Positions 19,293-28,980 of a DNA stretch of 64,000 bases are shown here, piece by piece. Made by a program: the position numbers and the translations under genes. The notes under the pieces were generated by a model that saw nothing but the letters and a program-made list of their open reading frames with translations, was not told the origin of the DNA and searched no databases. This stretch comes from an uncultured Desulfobacter sp. (lineage in GTDB: Bacteria; Desulfobacterota; Desulfobacteria; Desulfobacterales; Desulfobacteraceae), in assembly GCA_963665095.1 (NCBI GenBank), contig OY762069.1, forward strand, positions 800,001 to 864,000. The letters run 5' to 3'. How positions within the stretch are numbered: the stretch's first letter is position 1; every line of letters starts with the position of its first letter.

Positions 19293-20789
19293 ATGGCTGA
19301 TACAGATCAGACAACCGAAACCCAGGAAGCCATAGATCTGAAACGGTTTCTGTCCAGCATGCGCCTCAATACGGAGGTGGCTGATCCTACCCCCATGATT
19401 ACAGACAACCTTGAAACTATTATTGAGGATGTCAGTGAGGAAAACCGGTTTATCTCCGGGATGGCGGCATTCCTGTTCAATGTGGACACCTCTTCCGGAC
19501 GTTTGGACAAGGGGGCTATTTTTGAAGTCATTGCCCGCATTGACACCATGGTCAATGACCAGGTCAATGAGATCATTCAGAACGACCAGTTCAAGGCCCT
19601 GGAGTCCAACTGGCGCTCTTTGAACGATCTGATCCTCAACACCAACTTCAAGGCCGATGTCATGATCGATATTCTGGACGTGACCAAGGAGGAGCTGTTT
19701 GAGGATTTTGAAAGCAATGCCGTGGACATCACCGGCAGCGCCCTGTTTCAAAAGGTTTACATTGCAGAGTATGACCAGTACGGTGGAAAACCCATGGGCT
19801 CCATTCTCGGGCTGTATGAATTTGAACATACCCCGGATGATGAGTTCTGGCTTAGAATCATGGGCAAAGTTGCCGCAGCAAGCCATGCGCCTTTTGTGGG
19901 ATCGGTCTCCCCGAAATTTTTCGGCTGCGATTCCGTAAAGGAACTGGACGCGATCAAGGATCTTGAAGGTCTGATGAACCATCCAAAATACGGCTCCTGG
20001 AATAAGCTTCGGGAATCCGAAGAGGCGGCTTATATCGGGTTGACGCTTCCCCGGTATATTGCCCGGCTCCCCTATGATCCGGAAAGCAACCCCTGCCGGG
20101 AAATTAATTTCACTGAAAAGGTGACCGGAGATAACGACAAAGATTACCTGTGGGGCAGCGCAGCTGTCCTGTTTGCCCAGAACATGGTCAGGTCCTTTGA
20201 AACCTCGGGCTGGTGCCAGTATCTCAGAGGCCCCAAAGGCGGCGGCCTGGTCAGCGGGCTGCCGGTTCACATGTTTAACATCCGGGGTGAAGACGAGATG
20301 AAGGTACCTGTGGAGATGGTGATCCCGGATTACAGGGAACTGGAGTTTGCCAACAGCGGATTTATTCCTTTGATTTACCGCAAGGGCACCGCTGATGCCT
20401 GCTTTTTTTCCTGCCAGTCCATAAAGAAACCCAAAAAGTTCAAAGATCCCAAGGACAGTGAGAATTCCCAGCTGGTTACCAACCTGTCCTACACCTTTTC
20501 CATCACAAGAATTGCCCATTATCTCAAATGCATCATGCGTGATAACATCGGCAGCTCTGCAGATGCGGCATACATTAAAAACAGCATTGAAAACTGGATT
20601 TCAAAGTATGTCACCACCGTGGTAAATCCTGATGATCTGACCCTGAAATACTATCCGTTCAAGGCATACTCCGTAAATGTTGAGGAACGCGAAGGCATGA
20701 TCGGCTGGTATGACTGCTCGGTTGGTATTCTGCCCCATATCCAGTTTGAAGGCATGGACGTGGAGCTGCGACTGGATGCCAGATTGTAA
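19293..20789 (+). CDS. tssC: T6SS contractile sheath large subunit TssC (IglB-like)
   Basis: FKALESNWRSL, EYDQYGGKP, AAASHAPF, RLPY, YLWGSAA, RIAHYLKCIMRDNIG, PHIQFEG. Confidence 0.97.
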   Translation: MADTDQTTETQEAIDLKRFLSSMRLNTEVADPTPMITDNLETIIEDVSEENRFISGMAAFLFNVDTSSGRLDKGAIFEVIARIDTMVNDQVNEIIQNDQFKALESNWRSLNDLILNTNFKADVMIDILDVTKEELFEDFESNAVDITGSALFQKVYIAEYDQYGGKPMGSILGLYEFEHTPDDEFWLRIMGKVAAASHAPFVGSVSPKFFGCDSVKELDAIKDLEGLMNHPKYGSWNKLRESEEAAYIGLTLPRYIARLPYDPESNPCREINFTEKVTGDNDKDYLWGSAAVLFAQNMVRSFETSGWCQYLRGPKGGGLVSGLPVHMFNIRGEDEMKVPVEMVIPDYRELEFANSGFIPLIYRKGTADACFFSCQSIKKPKKFKDPKDSENSQLVTNLSYTFSITRIAHYLKCIMRDNIGSSADAAYIKNSIENWISKYVTTVVNPDDLTLKYYPFKAYSVNVEEREGMIGWYDCSVGILPHIQFEGMDVELRLDARL

Positions 20790-20911
20790 CAGGCAATTAA
20801 TAAAAATACCGGGGCGATATCATTCGTCTCGCACCGTTTTCAAACTTAGCACAATGTTCCGGATAAACTTTTGGATTTTAAACAAAATATGCTTTTAAAA
20901 AGGAGAGAATC

Positions 20912-21484
20912 ATGGCAGATTTGAGTTTTAGTTGCAGTATTGACCAGGGATTTAACTTTCATCCCGATGCCCAGGATTACGTAGGACATCTGACCACCCT
21001 TAAAATCGGAGGGGTAGAAATTAAGGCCAACCTTGAGGTGACCAATCCCGCAGAGAGCACCGGGGATAATGTGCCTGTGGTCGGCGTGCTCAGCGACATT
21101 TTCTGGGGCGGTGGATTTGCAGAGGGTATTAATTTCAGCGCCCAGGTAAATGTGAACAATAAAACCGAACTTGCAAAACTTCAGCATTCTGATTTGAGCA
21201 ACACCGAAGTGACGTTCTCATTTAACGTTTATGCCTATGATCAGGCCGCCAAAAAGTTTTACCTGGCATTCCATTCCAACGAGACGGACCTTGAAGGGCT
21301 GGTGGAAAAACACGGTTCGGAGCTTAATTTTAATATAGAGATGGATCCATCGCCTGAAGTTGCCAACCCGCTTAACTTTACGCTGACGCTTGGGGTTATG
21401 CCCAAGGAACTTGCCCAGGAGGTTCATGTGGCGGTTTCTGATACGGATAAGTTTGTCAAACAATGGGGTGTTACCGTATCATAA
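20912..21484 (+). CDS. Probable tube protein (non-canonical Hcp, IglC-like)
   Basis: 190 aa beta-rich protein between tssC and tssK (iglA-iglB-iglC-iglD order), strong AAGGAG RBS; no canonical Hcp elsewhere in the cluster. Confidence 0.7.
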   Translation: MADLSFSCSIDQGFNFHPDAQDYVGHLTTLKIGGVEIKANLEVTNPAESTGDNVPVVGVLSDIFWGGGFAEGINFSAQVNVNNKTELAKLQHSDLSNTEVTFSFNVYAYDQAAKKFYLAFHSNETDLEGLVEKHGSELNFNIEMDPSPEVANPLNFTLTLGVMPKELAQEVHVAVSDTDKFVKQWGVTVS

Positions 21485-21524
21485 TTTTTTATTTACCAAG
21501 AAAACCGCAGAAGGGAATTGATTT

Positions 21525-22766
21525 ATGACAGATAATCTTGCTCGGGTAAAATGGGAAATGGGGCAAACCCTTCTGCCTGTTCACTTCAGGGCCCAGGAAG
21601 ACGCCCTGCTTGCGGAATCCGTATTGCGGTTCCGGATGCAGGGCCTTCCGGCCTATGGTGTGGCTGAGCTGGTATGGAGTCCCACCCTGATTAAGGACGG
21701 GGTGGTTTCCGTCCAGTCTCTGACGGCTGTTTTTCCCTCGGGGTTGATGGCTCAGGTGCCGGGAAATGCCAAAGTCTCCCCTTTCAACCTCAATGTGCCG
21801 GGTGATGTAACCGTTGGGCTCTACTGCCATCTGATGGTGGACAAAGGCCAGGAAGAGAATGTGGATGAAACCTGGGACACCGGGGAGGAAAAGGATGTTA
21901 CCAGACACCATTACACCTTGGCTTTAACCTCGGAGCAAAGCACGTCAGGGGCACTTGAGACGCTGAAACTGGCCCAGTTCAAAAAAATGCCGGACAATAC
22001 CTGGCAGCTTTCCAAAGAGTATATCCCCCCGCTGCTTCAGGTGGGACTTTCTCCGTTTTTGCAGGATGCTTTGGAGGCGCTCAGCCAGGCCCTGGAACTG
22101 TTTCATTACAATCTGGCCCTGGATGCATCCGGATTCCTGTCCGGAGAAAGCCTTCAAAATGTTAAACAATGTATGAAAAGCAGCCTGAAAATGCAGCGGA
22201 CCATTGCCAATATCAATGGGCAGATTCACTGTCATCCCTATTTTCTTTATGAAATTCTGGCTGAGTTTTATACCGAGGTGAGCTATTACCGGAAAGTGGT
22301 GCCGGAAAATGTCACAGAACCCTACCGGCATGAACAGCTGGCAGCCTGTTTTGACCGGTTGCTTACGCCGTTGATGAAACAAATGCAGATGATGGAGGAA
22401 AAATCTCCCTATCTTGCGTTTGAATTCAAAGACGGGGTGTTCCGTCTGGATCTGCCTTCGGAAATCCGGGAAGCCAGGGATGTCTATTTTCTGGCCCAGA
22501 AAGGTCATGTTACAGACAAGGTGGACGTGTCCGGCATCAAGCTTGGCAGTTTTGCCCGCATCGGGTTAATCCACAAAATGGCCCTGCCGGGGGTGCCGTT
22601 GAAAAAAACGGAAAAACCGCCTTTTCAGCACTCATTTGGTTCCGAGGTGGATTTTTTCAGGGTTGTGGAGGGTGAGGAGTGGGACCAGGCACTGAAGGCG
22701 CTCTCCCTGGCCTTTTACCACCAGGATATGTATACCGGGATTGAGTTCTTCCTGTACTGGAGATAA
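21525..22766 (+). CDS. tssK: T6SS baseplate subunit TssK (IglD-like)
   Basis: RVKWEMGQTLLPVHFRAQE, YIPPLL, HPYFLY, PYRHEQL, ALPGVPL. Confidence 0.9.
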   Translation: MTDNLARVKWEMGQTLLPVHFRAQEDALLAESVLRFRMQGLPAYGVAELVWSPTLIKDGVVSVQSLTAVFPSGLMAQVPGNAKVSPFNLNVPGDVTVGLYCHLMVDKGQEENVDETWDTGEEKDVTRHHYTLALTSEQSTSGALETLKLAQFKKMPDNTWQLSKEYIPPLLQVGLSPFLQDALEALSQALELFHYNLALDASGFLSGESLQNVKQCMKSSLKMQRTIANINGQIHCHPYFLYEILAEFYTEVSYYRKVVPENVTEPYRHEQLAACFDRLLTPLMKQMQMMEEKSPYLAFEFKDGVFRLDLPSEIREARDVYFLAQKGHVTDKVDVSGIKLGSFARIGLIHKMALPGVPLKKTEKPPFQHSFGSEVDFFRVVEGEEWDQALKALSLAFYHQDMYTGIEFFLYWR

Positions 22767-22777
22767 GTCGTTCATCC

Positions 22778-23155
22778 ATGGCATTGTTTAAAAAATTTAT
22801 GATCAAAGAGGACCCTACCTGGGACGGGAGCAGAGATATTGTGGATAATTTGAACAATATCCTGAACACCAAAAAAGGGTACGGATCCATCCTTGACGAT
22901 TATGGCATCAGGGATTTGAACGAGTTCAGGGACAAGGAGGGTATCACTGATGTCATCGTGGAGGAAGTGATCCGGTGCGTTGCCAAATATGAGCCCCGGG
23001 TTAAAATTATCCAGGTGGACAAAGAGAAAGGCAGCGGACTCTTTCAGCTTTCATTCAATATTCAGTGCATGATCAGGGAGACCCGTCAGAGCATGAATAT
23101 GGTATTTGATACCGTGGGCAGCCAATTTACGATAAAAAAAGGGAAAAACAGGTGA
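22778..23155 (+). CDS. tssE: T6SS baseplate subunit TssE (gp25-like)
   Basis: LNNILNT, DYGIRD, YEPRV motifs. Confidence 0.9.
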   Translation: MALFKKFMIKEDPTWDGSRDIVDNLNNILNTKKGYGSILDDYGIRDLNEFRDKEGITDVIVEEVIRCVAKYEPRVKIIQVDKEKGSGLFQLSFNIQCMIRETRQSMNMVFDTVGSQFTIKKGKNR

Positions 23156-23158
23156 TAC

Positions 23159-23734
23159 ATGGGATCTCTGGTCTGCCGCATTGAACTGCATAAACAGGAC
23201 GGGATTACCGTTACCGTTGAAAACGGGGATGATGGCATTACCCAGACCATCGTCATGGACGGGCAGACCATCACCACTACCTGCAAAGGGTCTGACGACA
23301 CCAGTACCATTACCCAGGCCCCGGACAGCATTACCATCAAATGCAAGGACTTCAAGGTTGATGCAGACACCATCACCTGCGAGTCTTCTGCGGAAACCAC
23401 GCATAAAAGCGGCAAGGACTATACCGTGGAAAGTTCTGCGACAATGGATTTGTCCGCCTCAAAGACCTTGGATGCCACTGCTTCCTCAGCCATGACACTG
23501 ACAGGCAAAAGTGTGGATGTAAAGGCATCGTCAACCGGGGACGTGGCCATTTCAGGTAAAAATGTGGCATCAACCGCCAGCATGAAAGCGTCCCTTTCCG
23601 GCAAGCAGTTTGAGGCAAGCGGCTCAATTTCAGCCAAAGTATCAGGTGGCAAGGTGGATGTTGACGGGAAAATGACCACAGTGAACGGATCCACTGCCAC
23701 TGTAATAAAGGGCACTGCTATTAAAATCGGATAA
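23159..23734 (+). CDS. vgrG: Short VgrG needle (gp5 C-terminal beta-helix only)
   Basis: 191 aa Ser/Thr-rich with ~8-residue beta repeats ending VIKGTAIKIG; sits between tssE and tssF. Confidence 0.7.
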   Translation: MGSLVCRIELHKQDGITVTVENGDDGITQTIVMDGQTITTTCKGSDDTSTITQAPDSITIKCKDFKVDADTITCESSAETTHKSGKDYTVESSATMDLSASKTLDATASSAMTLTGKSVDVKASSTGDVAISGKNVASTASMKASLSGKQFEASGSISAKVSGGKVDVDGKMTTVNGSTATVIKGTAIKIG

Positions 23735-23752
23735 AGGGGCACAATACCCAGC

Positions 23753-25363
23753 ATGGAAATGGATGAACAGTTATACCGGGCATTTCTTGAGCAGATGCAT
23801 GAACTTGATAATTTTCGTATGGAATACGCGTCCCGGCATCCGTCTGCCCCTCTGGACCGGGATGACCCCGATGTCAAACGCCTGGTGGAGGCCATGGCCT
23901 TTTTTTCCGCCCGGACCCACATGGCTGGTCTGGATAATATTGTAGCGTCCCGGCTCAGAATTTTTCAGCAGTTTTTCCCTTTTCTGCTCTCACCCTTGCC
24001 TGCCATGGGAATGGTTCAGGCACAGCCGACAGGCCAGTTTTCAGAAACTGCGCTGCTACCCAGAGAGACCCGGTTCCTGGTCTCTTCGCCCAAAGGTGAC
24101 GGGTGGGTCTGCCGTACCATGAAAGATCTTAGAATCCTTCCTGTTTTTTTAACGGAGACAAAACTTCTGATGCGCCCCAATAAGGGGTACCGCATGATAA
24201 TGGCCTTTGAATCCGGATATGAAAGGGCAGACACCATAGGGAAGATAGCGGTTTACCTGGATCATTTAAACAGTTACCAGGCCTCTTTAATGTTGTTTGA
24301 TGCCTTGAAAACCAACTTGGTCCGCGCTTCTGTGGTATTTGATAAAAAAACGGATGAGCAGATTATCGGCATGCCCTGTGAGGTATCGTTCGGCACCTTG
24401 CCGGATGAAGAGGCCCTTGATCAAAGAAAGATGCATCCGCTTCAGCAGGCAAGAACTTTTTTTCATTTTCCCTGGCAGGAACTGGTCATGACCATTGATG
24501 TGCCCCAGACAAACCTGGCCTGGAAAAAATTTTATGTTTGTCTGGATCTGTCTGATAAATGGCCGCGTAAACTGCCTGTTAATAAAGATGTATTCCGGCT
24601 GCACACAGTGCCTGTGGAAAATATAAGCCGGGAATCCACAACACCGATTGTATATGAAGGCACAAAAGAGCGGTTTCTGATCCGCCATCCTGATCCGACA
24701 CTGGGGTTTGAGCTTCAGACTATTCTTGGGGTATATAAAATCAGGGATGGGGGTATGGTGCCGGTTAAGCCGGGTATTTTGTCCGGGGGTGAGGGCACAT
24801 ATGAGATTTCACAGAAAACAGATTCGGTCAAAGGCAGCCGTTACTGGCTGTGCATGCACGACCCTTCTGCGTTTGTTGAACCGGTTACAGTGGTCCTTGA
24901 CGGATTGTGGCACCAGCCTGACTTTTCTCGGAATTTTTCACAGATGCTTAAAACACGGCCATACAGCCGGACCATTGCAGGCGTGAATTGGGATTTGTGC
25001 GAAAATATGGTCAGATCCCTGCAAAACCGGTTTCAGGAAAATATGGATGAATATATTCACCTGCTTACCATTAAAAATAAATCTGCCTTGAATTTTGATG
25101 ATATCTGTGCCCTTATTCAAATGCTGGGCACCGTGTGGCAGGGAGATTATAAACCGGTAAAAGACCTGTTTTACGCAGTGAGGGTGGAGCAGGCTCCGAG
25201 AGCCGGCGGTTTGCTTAAACAGATTTACCATCTTCGGTTCAGACATTGTGAACCCGTCACCCTTCCGCTGGTCAGCACGTTTACCCAAAAGCTTGGACGG
25301 ATTCTGGATGTGTGGATTTCAGAAGTGGTTGTTGAAACCCGTATGGAGATGGATAGGGCATAA
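23753..25363 (+). CDS. tssF: T6SS baseplate subunit TssF (IglH-like)
   Basis: DDPDVKRLVEAMAFFSART, FPFLLSPLPAM, FFHFP, FRLHTVPVEN. Confidence 0.9.
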   Translation: MEMDEQLYRAFLEQMHELDNFRMEYASRHPSAPLDRDDPDVKRLVEAMAFFSARTHMAGLDNIVASRLRIFQQFFPFLLSPLPAMGMVQAQPTGQFSETALLPRETRFLVSSPKGDGWVCRTMKDLRILPVFLTETKLLMRPNKGYRMIMAFESGYERADTIGKIAVYLDHLNSYQASLMLFDALKTNLVRASVVFDKKTDEQIIGMPCEVSFGTLPDEEALDQRKMHPLQQARTFFHFPWQELVMTIDVPQTNLAWKKFYVCLDLSDKWPRKLPVNKDVFRLHTVPVENISRESTTPIVYEGTKERFLIRHPDPTLGFELQTILGVYKIRDGGMVPVKPGILSGGEGTYEISQKTDSVKGSRYWLCMHDPSAFVEPVTVVLDGLWHQPDFSRNFSQMLKTRPYSRTIAGVNWDLCENMVRSLQNRFQENMDEYIHLLTIKNKSALNFDDICALIQMLGTVWQGDYKPVKDLFYAVRVEQAPRAGGLLKQIYHLRFRHCEPVTLPLVSTFTQKLGRILDVWISEVVVETRMEMDRA

Positions 25364-25393
25364 ACAGTGCCCCTCAGGAAATAAGGAAAAAAT

Positions 25394-26026
25394 ATGGAAC
25401 CCGAACTTTGGAAAGCCATTCAAGTCCTGTTTGCCACCATGGAGAGAGCCTTTGGCTTTAGAGAGGCAGATTGGGATTCTGACAATCCGTCTGATATCCA
25501 GATAGACCCGGAAAACCTTATCAAAGCCCGCTCCGAGATCCGGAAGGGGTTTGATGATCTCAGGATTACTTTATTGGGGAGCCTGTCCGAGCAGGAGACC
25601 TATCAGGTTCTTTTCCCTTTGGTTGTCTATGTGGATGAACTGGTTCAGGCCAGGTATTTTGGAAACAGACAGGTCTCATGGCCCCTGCTTCAAATGGAGC
25701 TTTATGAGGTGGATGACGGTGGCCGCCTGTTCTATGACACCCTGGATTCCATCCTGAAAAAACCCCAGACCTCCCAGTTTGTGTATGAAGTTCATTATTT
25801 TTGTCTGAAACACGGCTTTGAGGGAAAATATGTGGCAGACCCTGTCCGGATCAACAAATACCTGGAGCAGCTTAAGGAAAAGATTGCCATCTCTGACATG
25901 GACAGGATAGAAATTATGGCTGAAGAGACCGGGGAGATGAAATATTTTGCTTCTCCCGTATGGCTCTATGCCGGAGTGCTGATCTGTTTAATCCCGGTAT
26001 ACTGTCTGTTTAAGTTTCTGGCATGA
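25394..26026 (+). CDS. tssL: T6SS TssL/DotU
   Basis: VVYVDELV, WPLLQMELY..DDGGRLFY, EVHYFCLKHGFEGKY, C-terminal TM, no OmpA domain. Confidence 0.92.
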   Translation: MEPELWKAIQVLFATMERAFGFREADWDSDNPSDIQIDPENLIKARSEIRKGFDDLRITLLGSLSEQETYQVLFPLVVYVDELVQARYFGNRQVSWPLLQMELYEVDDGGRLFYDTLDSILKKPQTSQFVYEVHYFCLKHGFEGKYVADPVRINKYLEQLKEKIAISDMDRIEIMAEETGEMKYFASPVWLYAGVLICLIPVYCLFKFLA

Positions 26027-26049
26027 TATTGAGTTAGAGGATTTCGTAT

Positions 26050-28080
26050 ATGGCGCGTTGGATACTATCAACCATCAAGGGTAAAATTATCGTTTGCGTG
26101 ACGCTGGTCATGGTTGTTTCAACCGTCGTCAACCTCTACTTTACCAAAAGGGATGTCGGGTCTGCCATCATGGTGGCCCAGGAAAAGTCCGCCAAAAATA
26201 TTCTGCACTCCTTTTATCTGGTAATCCGGGAAGATTATCATACACTTCTTTCTTCCAAGCGGACCATGACTTTGGAAAAAAGAAATCATCTGAAAAAGAC
26301 CGCACAGATGATTCACTCCGTATTTGCAGGGTTTTACAAGTCGGTTCCCATCGGTTCAGACCCTTCTGCGGCCATTCGAAGTGCCCTTGACTGGATGGAT
26401 GGTGCGCCTTTCGAGAAAACGCATTTCTACATTCTGGACAAAAATTTTCATCTGCTTTCAACCTCTAATAAGAACATCACCAGGAATGCCTTGGAGGTAA
26501 TTAAAGACCTTAAGGGCAGGCAGATATCTGATGCCATGTGTTTTGACAGGTTAAGATCATCCGGGGATTATGCAATTTTTAATATGCCGGGTGAGAACGG
26601 AGAAGAGAACCGGCTGGTCCTCTCCTTTTTTCTGCCCTTTTCTTCCTGGGAATTCACCATTGCCGTCTCCGTGGATATCAGTGATATTGAGGCCGAAGCA
26701 GAAGCGGCAAAAAAAAGGTATATCAAATCCCTCAAAGATTATGCCAGTCAGGTGACTGTCACGGAAAGCGGGTTTGTCTGCATGGTTGATGCAGACGATC
26801 AGGTGTTGATTGCACCACCGGACCATGTCAGCGTAACTATGGAGGGGATTTCACGCCGGATCAAAGAAGAGATTGATCCTGACAAACTTCCCACGTCAGA
26901 TACCACACAGGTGTCGGAAATCAGGTATATGACCCGGGAGAATGACGGCAGCCGGCCAATGATCATCTACTGCACCTATTTTAAACCGCTGAAATGGTAT
27001 ACCGGTGTTGTCATTCCCTTAAATGAAATCAATGAACCTGCCAGAAATCTGGTTATCCGTCAGAGTCTGATCATTGCGTTTATGTTCATGGCAGGCCTTA
27101 TTGCGGTTTTTATCCTGGTCTCCCGGATATCAAAGCCCCTGCATCTGTTATCCCTTCATGCAAGGAAACTGCCCCAGCTGGATCTGTCCAAACCGCTGCC
27201 TGATTTTCCAGCCATTGATGCGCTGACCCGGAAACATAAAGATGAAGTGGGCACGCTGGCCTCCTCTTTTGTGATCATGCGGCGGGAGTTAAATAAAAAT
27301 ATCCAGGATCTTCTTCAGGTCATTGCCGCCCGGCACCGGATTGAAAGCGAGTTGAATATTGCCAGAGAGATTCAGCTGGGCATGGTCCCCAAAACCTTTC
27401 CGTTTCTTCCGGAGATCCCTGAATTTGATCTCTATGCCACGTTGCAGCCGGCTAAAGAGGTGGGCGGTGACCTCTATGATTTTTTTCTAATTGATGAGGA
27501 TCATTTATGTTTTACCCTGGGCGATGTGTCTGAGAAAGGGGTGCCGTCTGCCCTGTTCATGGTGGTTACCCGAACCTTGATCCGCACCCTGAGTGAAAAA
27601 ATGGCATCCCCGAGTCAGGTCATGGAGAAGATCAATGATATTTTAAGTTCAGATAATCCCAGATCTATGTTTGTTACACTGGTCATCGGCCTGCTCAATA
27701 TCCGTACCGGTGAAATAAAATATGCCAACGGCGGGCACAATCCGCCTGTGGTCATACCCCATGATTCAGACTGCTATTATCAAAAGGGAAAGAACCAGCC
27801 TCTTGTAGGGGCCATGGAGGGAATTCCCTATTCAGATATAACACTGACCCTGTCTGCCAAAGATAGTTTTTTCCTTTATACGGATGGTGTTAACGAGGCC
27901 ATGAATGCCGATTCCGAACAGTTTTCCAGTGAGCGGCTGCTTGCCTGTCTGCAGAAAAACAAGACAAAAAATTCAGATCAGGTGATTGACGCCATGCTGA
28001 AAGATGTCAGGGATCATGCCAAAGACGCGCCCCAGTCTGACGATATTGCCATGCTGATGATCAAATACCATGGGAAATGA
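26050..28080 (+). CDS. Membrane sensor PP2C phosphatase (Cache-HAMP-SpoIIE, RsbU-like)
   Basis: Two TMs flanking a Cache-like region, HAMP, PAKEVGGDLYD, GDVSEKG, NGGHNPP, YTDGVNEA, QSDDIAML. Confidence 0.92.
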   Translation: MARWILSTIKGKIIVCVTLVMVVSTVVNLYFTKRDVGSAIMVAQEKSAKNILHSFYLVIREDYHTLLSSKRTMTLEKRNHLKKTAQMIHSVFAGFYKSVPIGSDPSAAIRSALDWMDGAPFEKTHFYILDKNFHLLSTSNKNITRNALEVIKDLKGRQISDAMCFDRLRSSGDYAIFNMPGENGEENRLVLSFFLPFSSWEFTIAVSVDISDIEAEAEAAKKRYIKSLKDYASQVTVTESGFVCMVDADDQVLIAPPDHVSVTMEGISRRIKEEIDPDKLPTSDTTQVSEIRYMTRENDGSRPMIIYCTYFKPLKWYTGVVIPLNEINEPARNLVIRQSLIIAFMFMAGLIAVFILVSRISKPLHLLSLHARKLPQLDLSKPLPDFPAIDALTRKHKDEVGTLASSFVIMRRELNKNIQDLLQVIAARHRIESELNIAREIQLGMVPKTFPFLPEIPEFDLYATLQPAKEVGGDLYDFFLIDEDHLCFTLGDVSEKGVPSALFMVVTRTLIRTLSEKMASPSQVMEKINDILSSDNPRSMFVTLVIGLLNIRTGEIKYANGGHNPPVVIPHDSDCYYQKGKNQPLVGAMEGIPYSDITLTLSAKDSFFLYTDGVNEAMNADSEQFSSERLLACLQKNKTKNSDQVIDAMLKDVRDHAKDAPQSDDIAMLMIKYHGK

Positions 28081-28096
28081 TCACGTTCCAACGATT

Positions 28097-28567
28097 TCAA
28101 TCTGAAGGAATAATCGCCTGTCCCCTGGAAGTGAACGAAGACCGCGAACCGATCATTACGGTTTCAACGATGGGTGCATTTACCGGAGTAGCCGCAGTCC
28201 ACTCAACAAGAAAATTTGCCCCGGAGCCCCCGGATTTGTCATTATGTGCAATAACATAGTTGGCAGTTCCAAGGGGCGGCAGAGAAACAGCTGATGTCTG
28301 ATATCTTTTTAACCGGTTGCCGCCCGTATCGTAATAATCCACACAGACTATCTCAATGGCATGAGCCGGGTCTGTATTACGGACACTGAGGGTGATGGTT
28401 AAAAGGGACTGGATTTGTCTGTTTCCGGAGTAAATGTGGGAATATGCCGGTACATACACTTTTTGCCCCGTGGATAAACCGCTGGTGTTTCCCGCCATGC
28501 TGATGCCGGCACCGGAAACTATCAGGGCAACACACAGAATAGTTCCGTACATTATATTTTTTTTCAT
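28097..28567 (-). CDS. DUF3124 domain protein (secreted)
   Basis: VYVPAYSHIY, TLSVRNTD, DYYDT.G, GGSGANFLVEW, PIVETVMIG; signal peptide from MKKNI at 28567. Confidence 0.85.
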   Translation of the reverse strand: MKKNIMYGTILCVALIVSGAGISMAGNTSGLSTGQKVYVPAYSHIYSGNRQIQSLLTITLSVRNTDPAHAIEIVCVDYYDTGGNRLKRYQTSAVSLPPLGTANYVIAHNDKSGGSGANFLVEWTAATPVNAPIVETVMIGSRSSFTSRGQAIIPSD

Positions 28568-28980
28568 AGAAAAGTTTTCCGTTTCCTGTTTTACCATGGG
28601 TGTCAGGCCGCTTCCATTTATTTTATACCGCTTAACACTAACCTGACAGCCAGTATTTTTGCAAGGGCGGAGCAAAAAATCTGCGAGGTGTCAGCCGGGA
28701 AACCGGCCCTGTGGTAGTGAGTATAACATGGTTGCCAATTGAGACTTTCTGAAATTTTCTTGAGATAACTTTTTTGCGATCAAACTTCACCCATGATATA
28801 TAGTGGGGCGATGCATGGTTGATGGAAGGCAACTGCCGGTGATATAAGCCTTTTTTGCCATGAGACCTTGTCAAAAAAGGGGCGGACGGCAGATGGGTAA
28901 AAGCTGTGCCCAGAAACAGGAAACGTAACTTAGAGAGCCCGGGTGGCTGTCGTTGGAAATTTGAGTTCGGGGAAAAGTGA

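Noticed and set aside
19278..20519. 413-aa antisense ORF over tssC
   Set aside because: Shadow frame of a strongly codon-biased gene; no recognisable motifs.
1..28100. T6SS as prophage tail, eCIS or mobile island
   Set aside because: TssJ/L/M membrane complex and Clp ATPase indicate a T6SS; no integrase, tRNA, capsid, tape measure or att repeats seen.
28568..28980. Upstream extension of DUF3124 ORF and 127-aa ORF 28638-29021
   Set aside because: The signal peptide starts at 28567; the remainder looks like divergent promoter DNA overlapping the DUF748 start.
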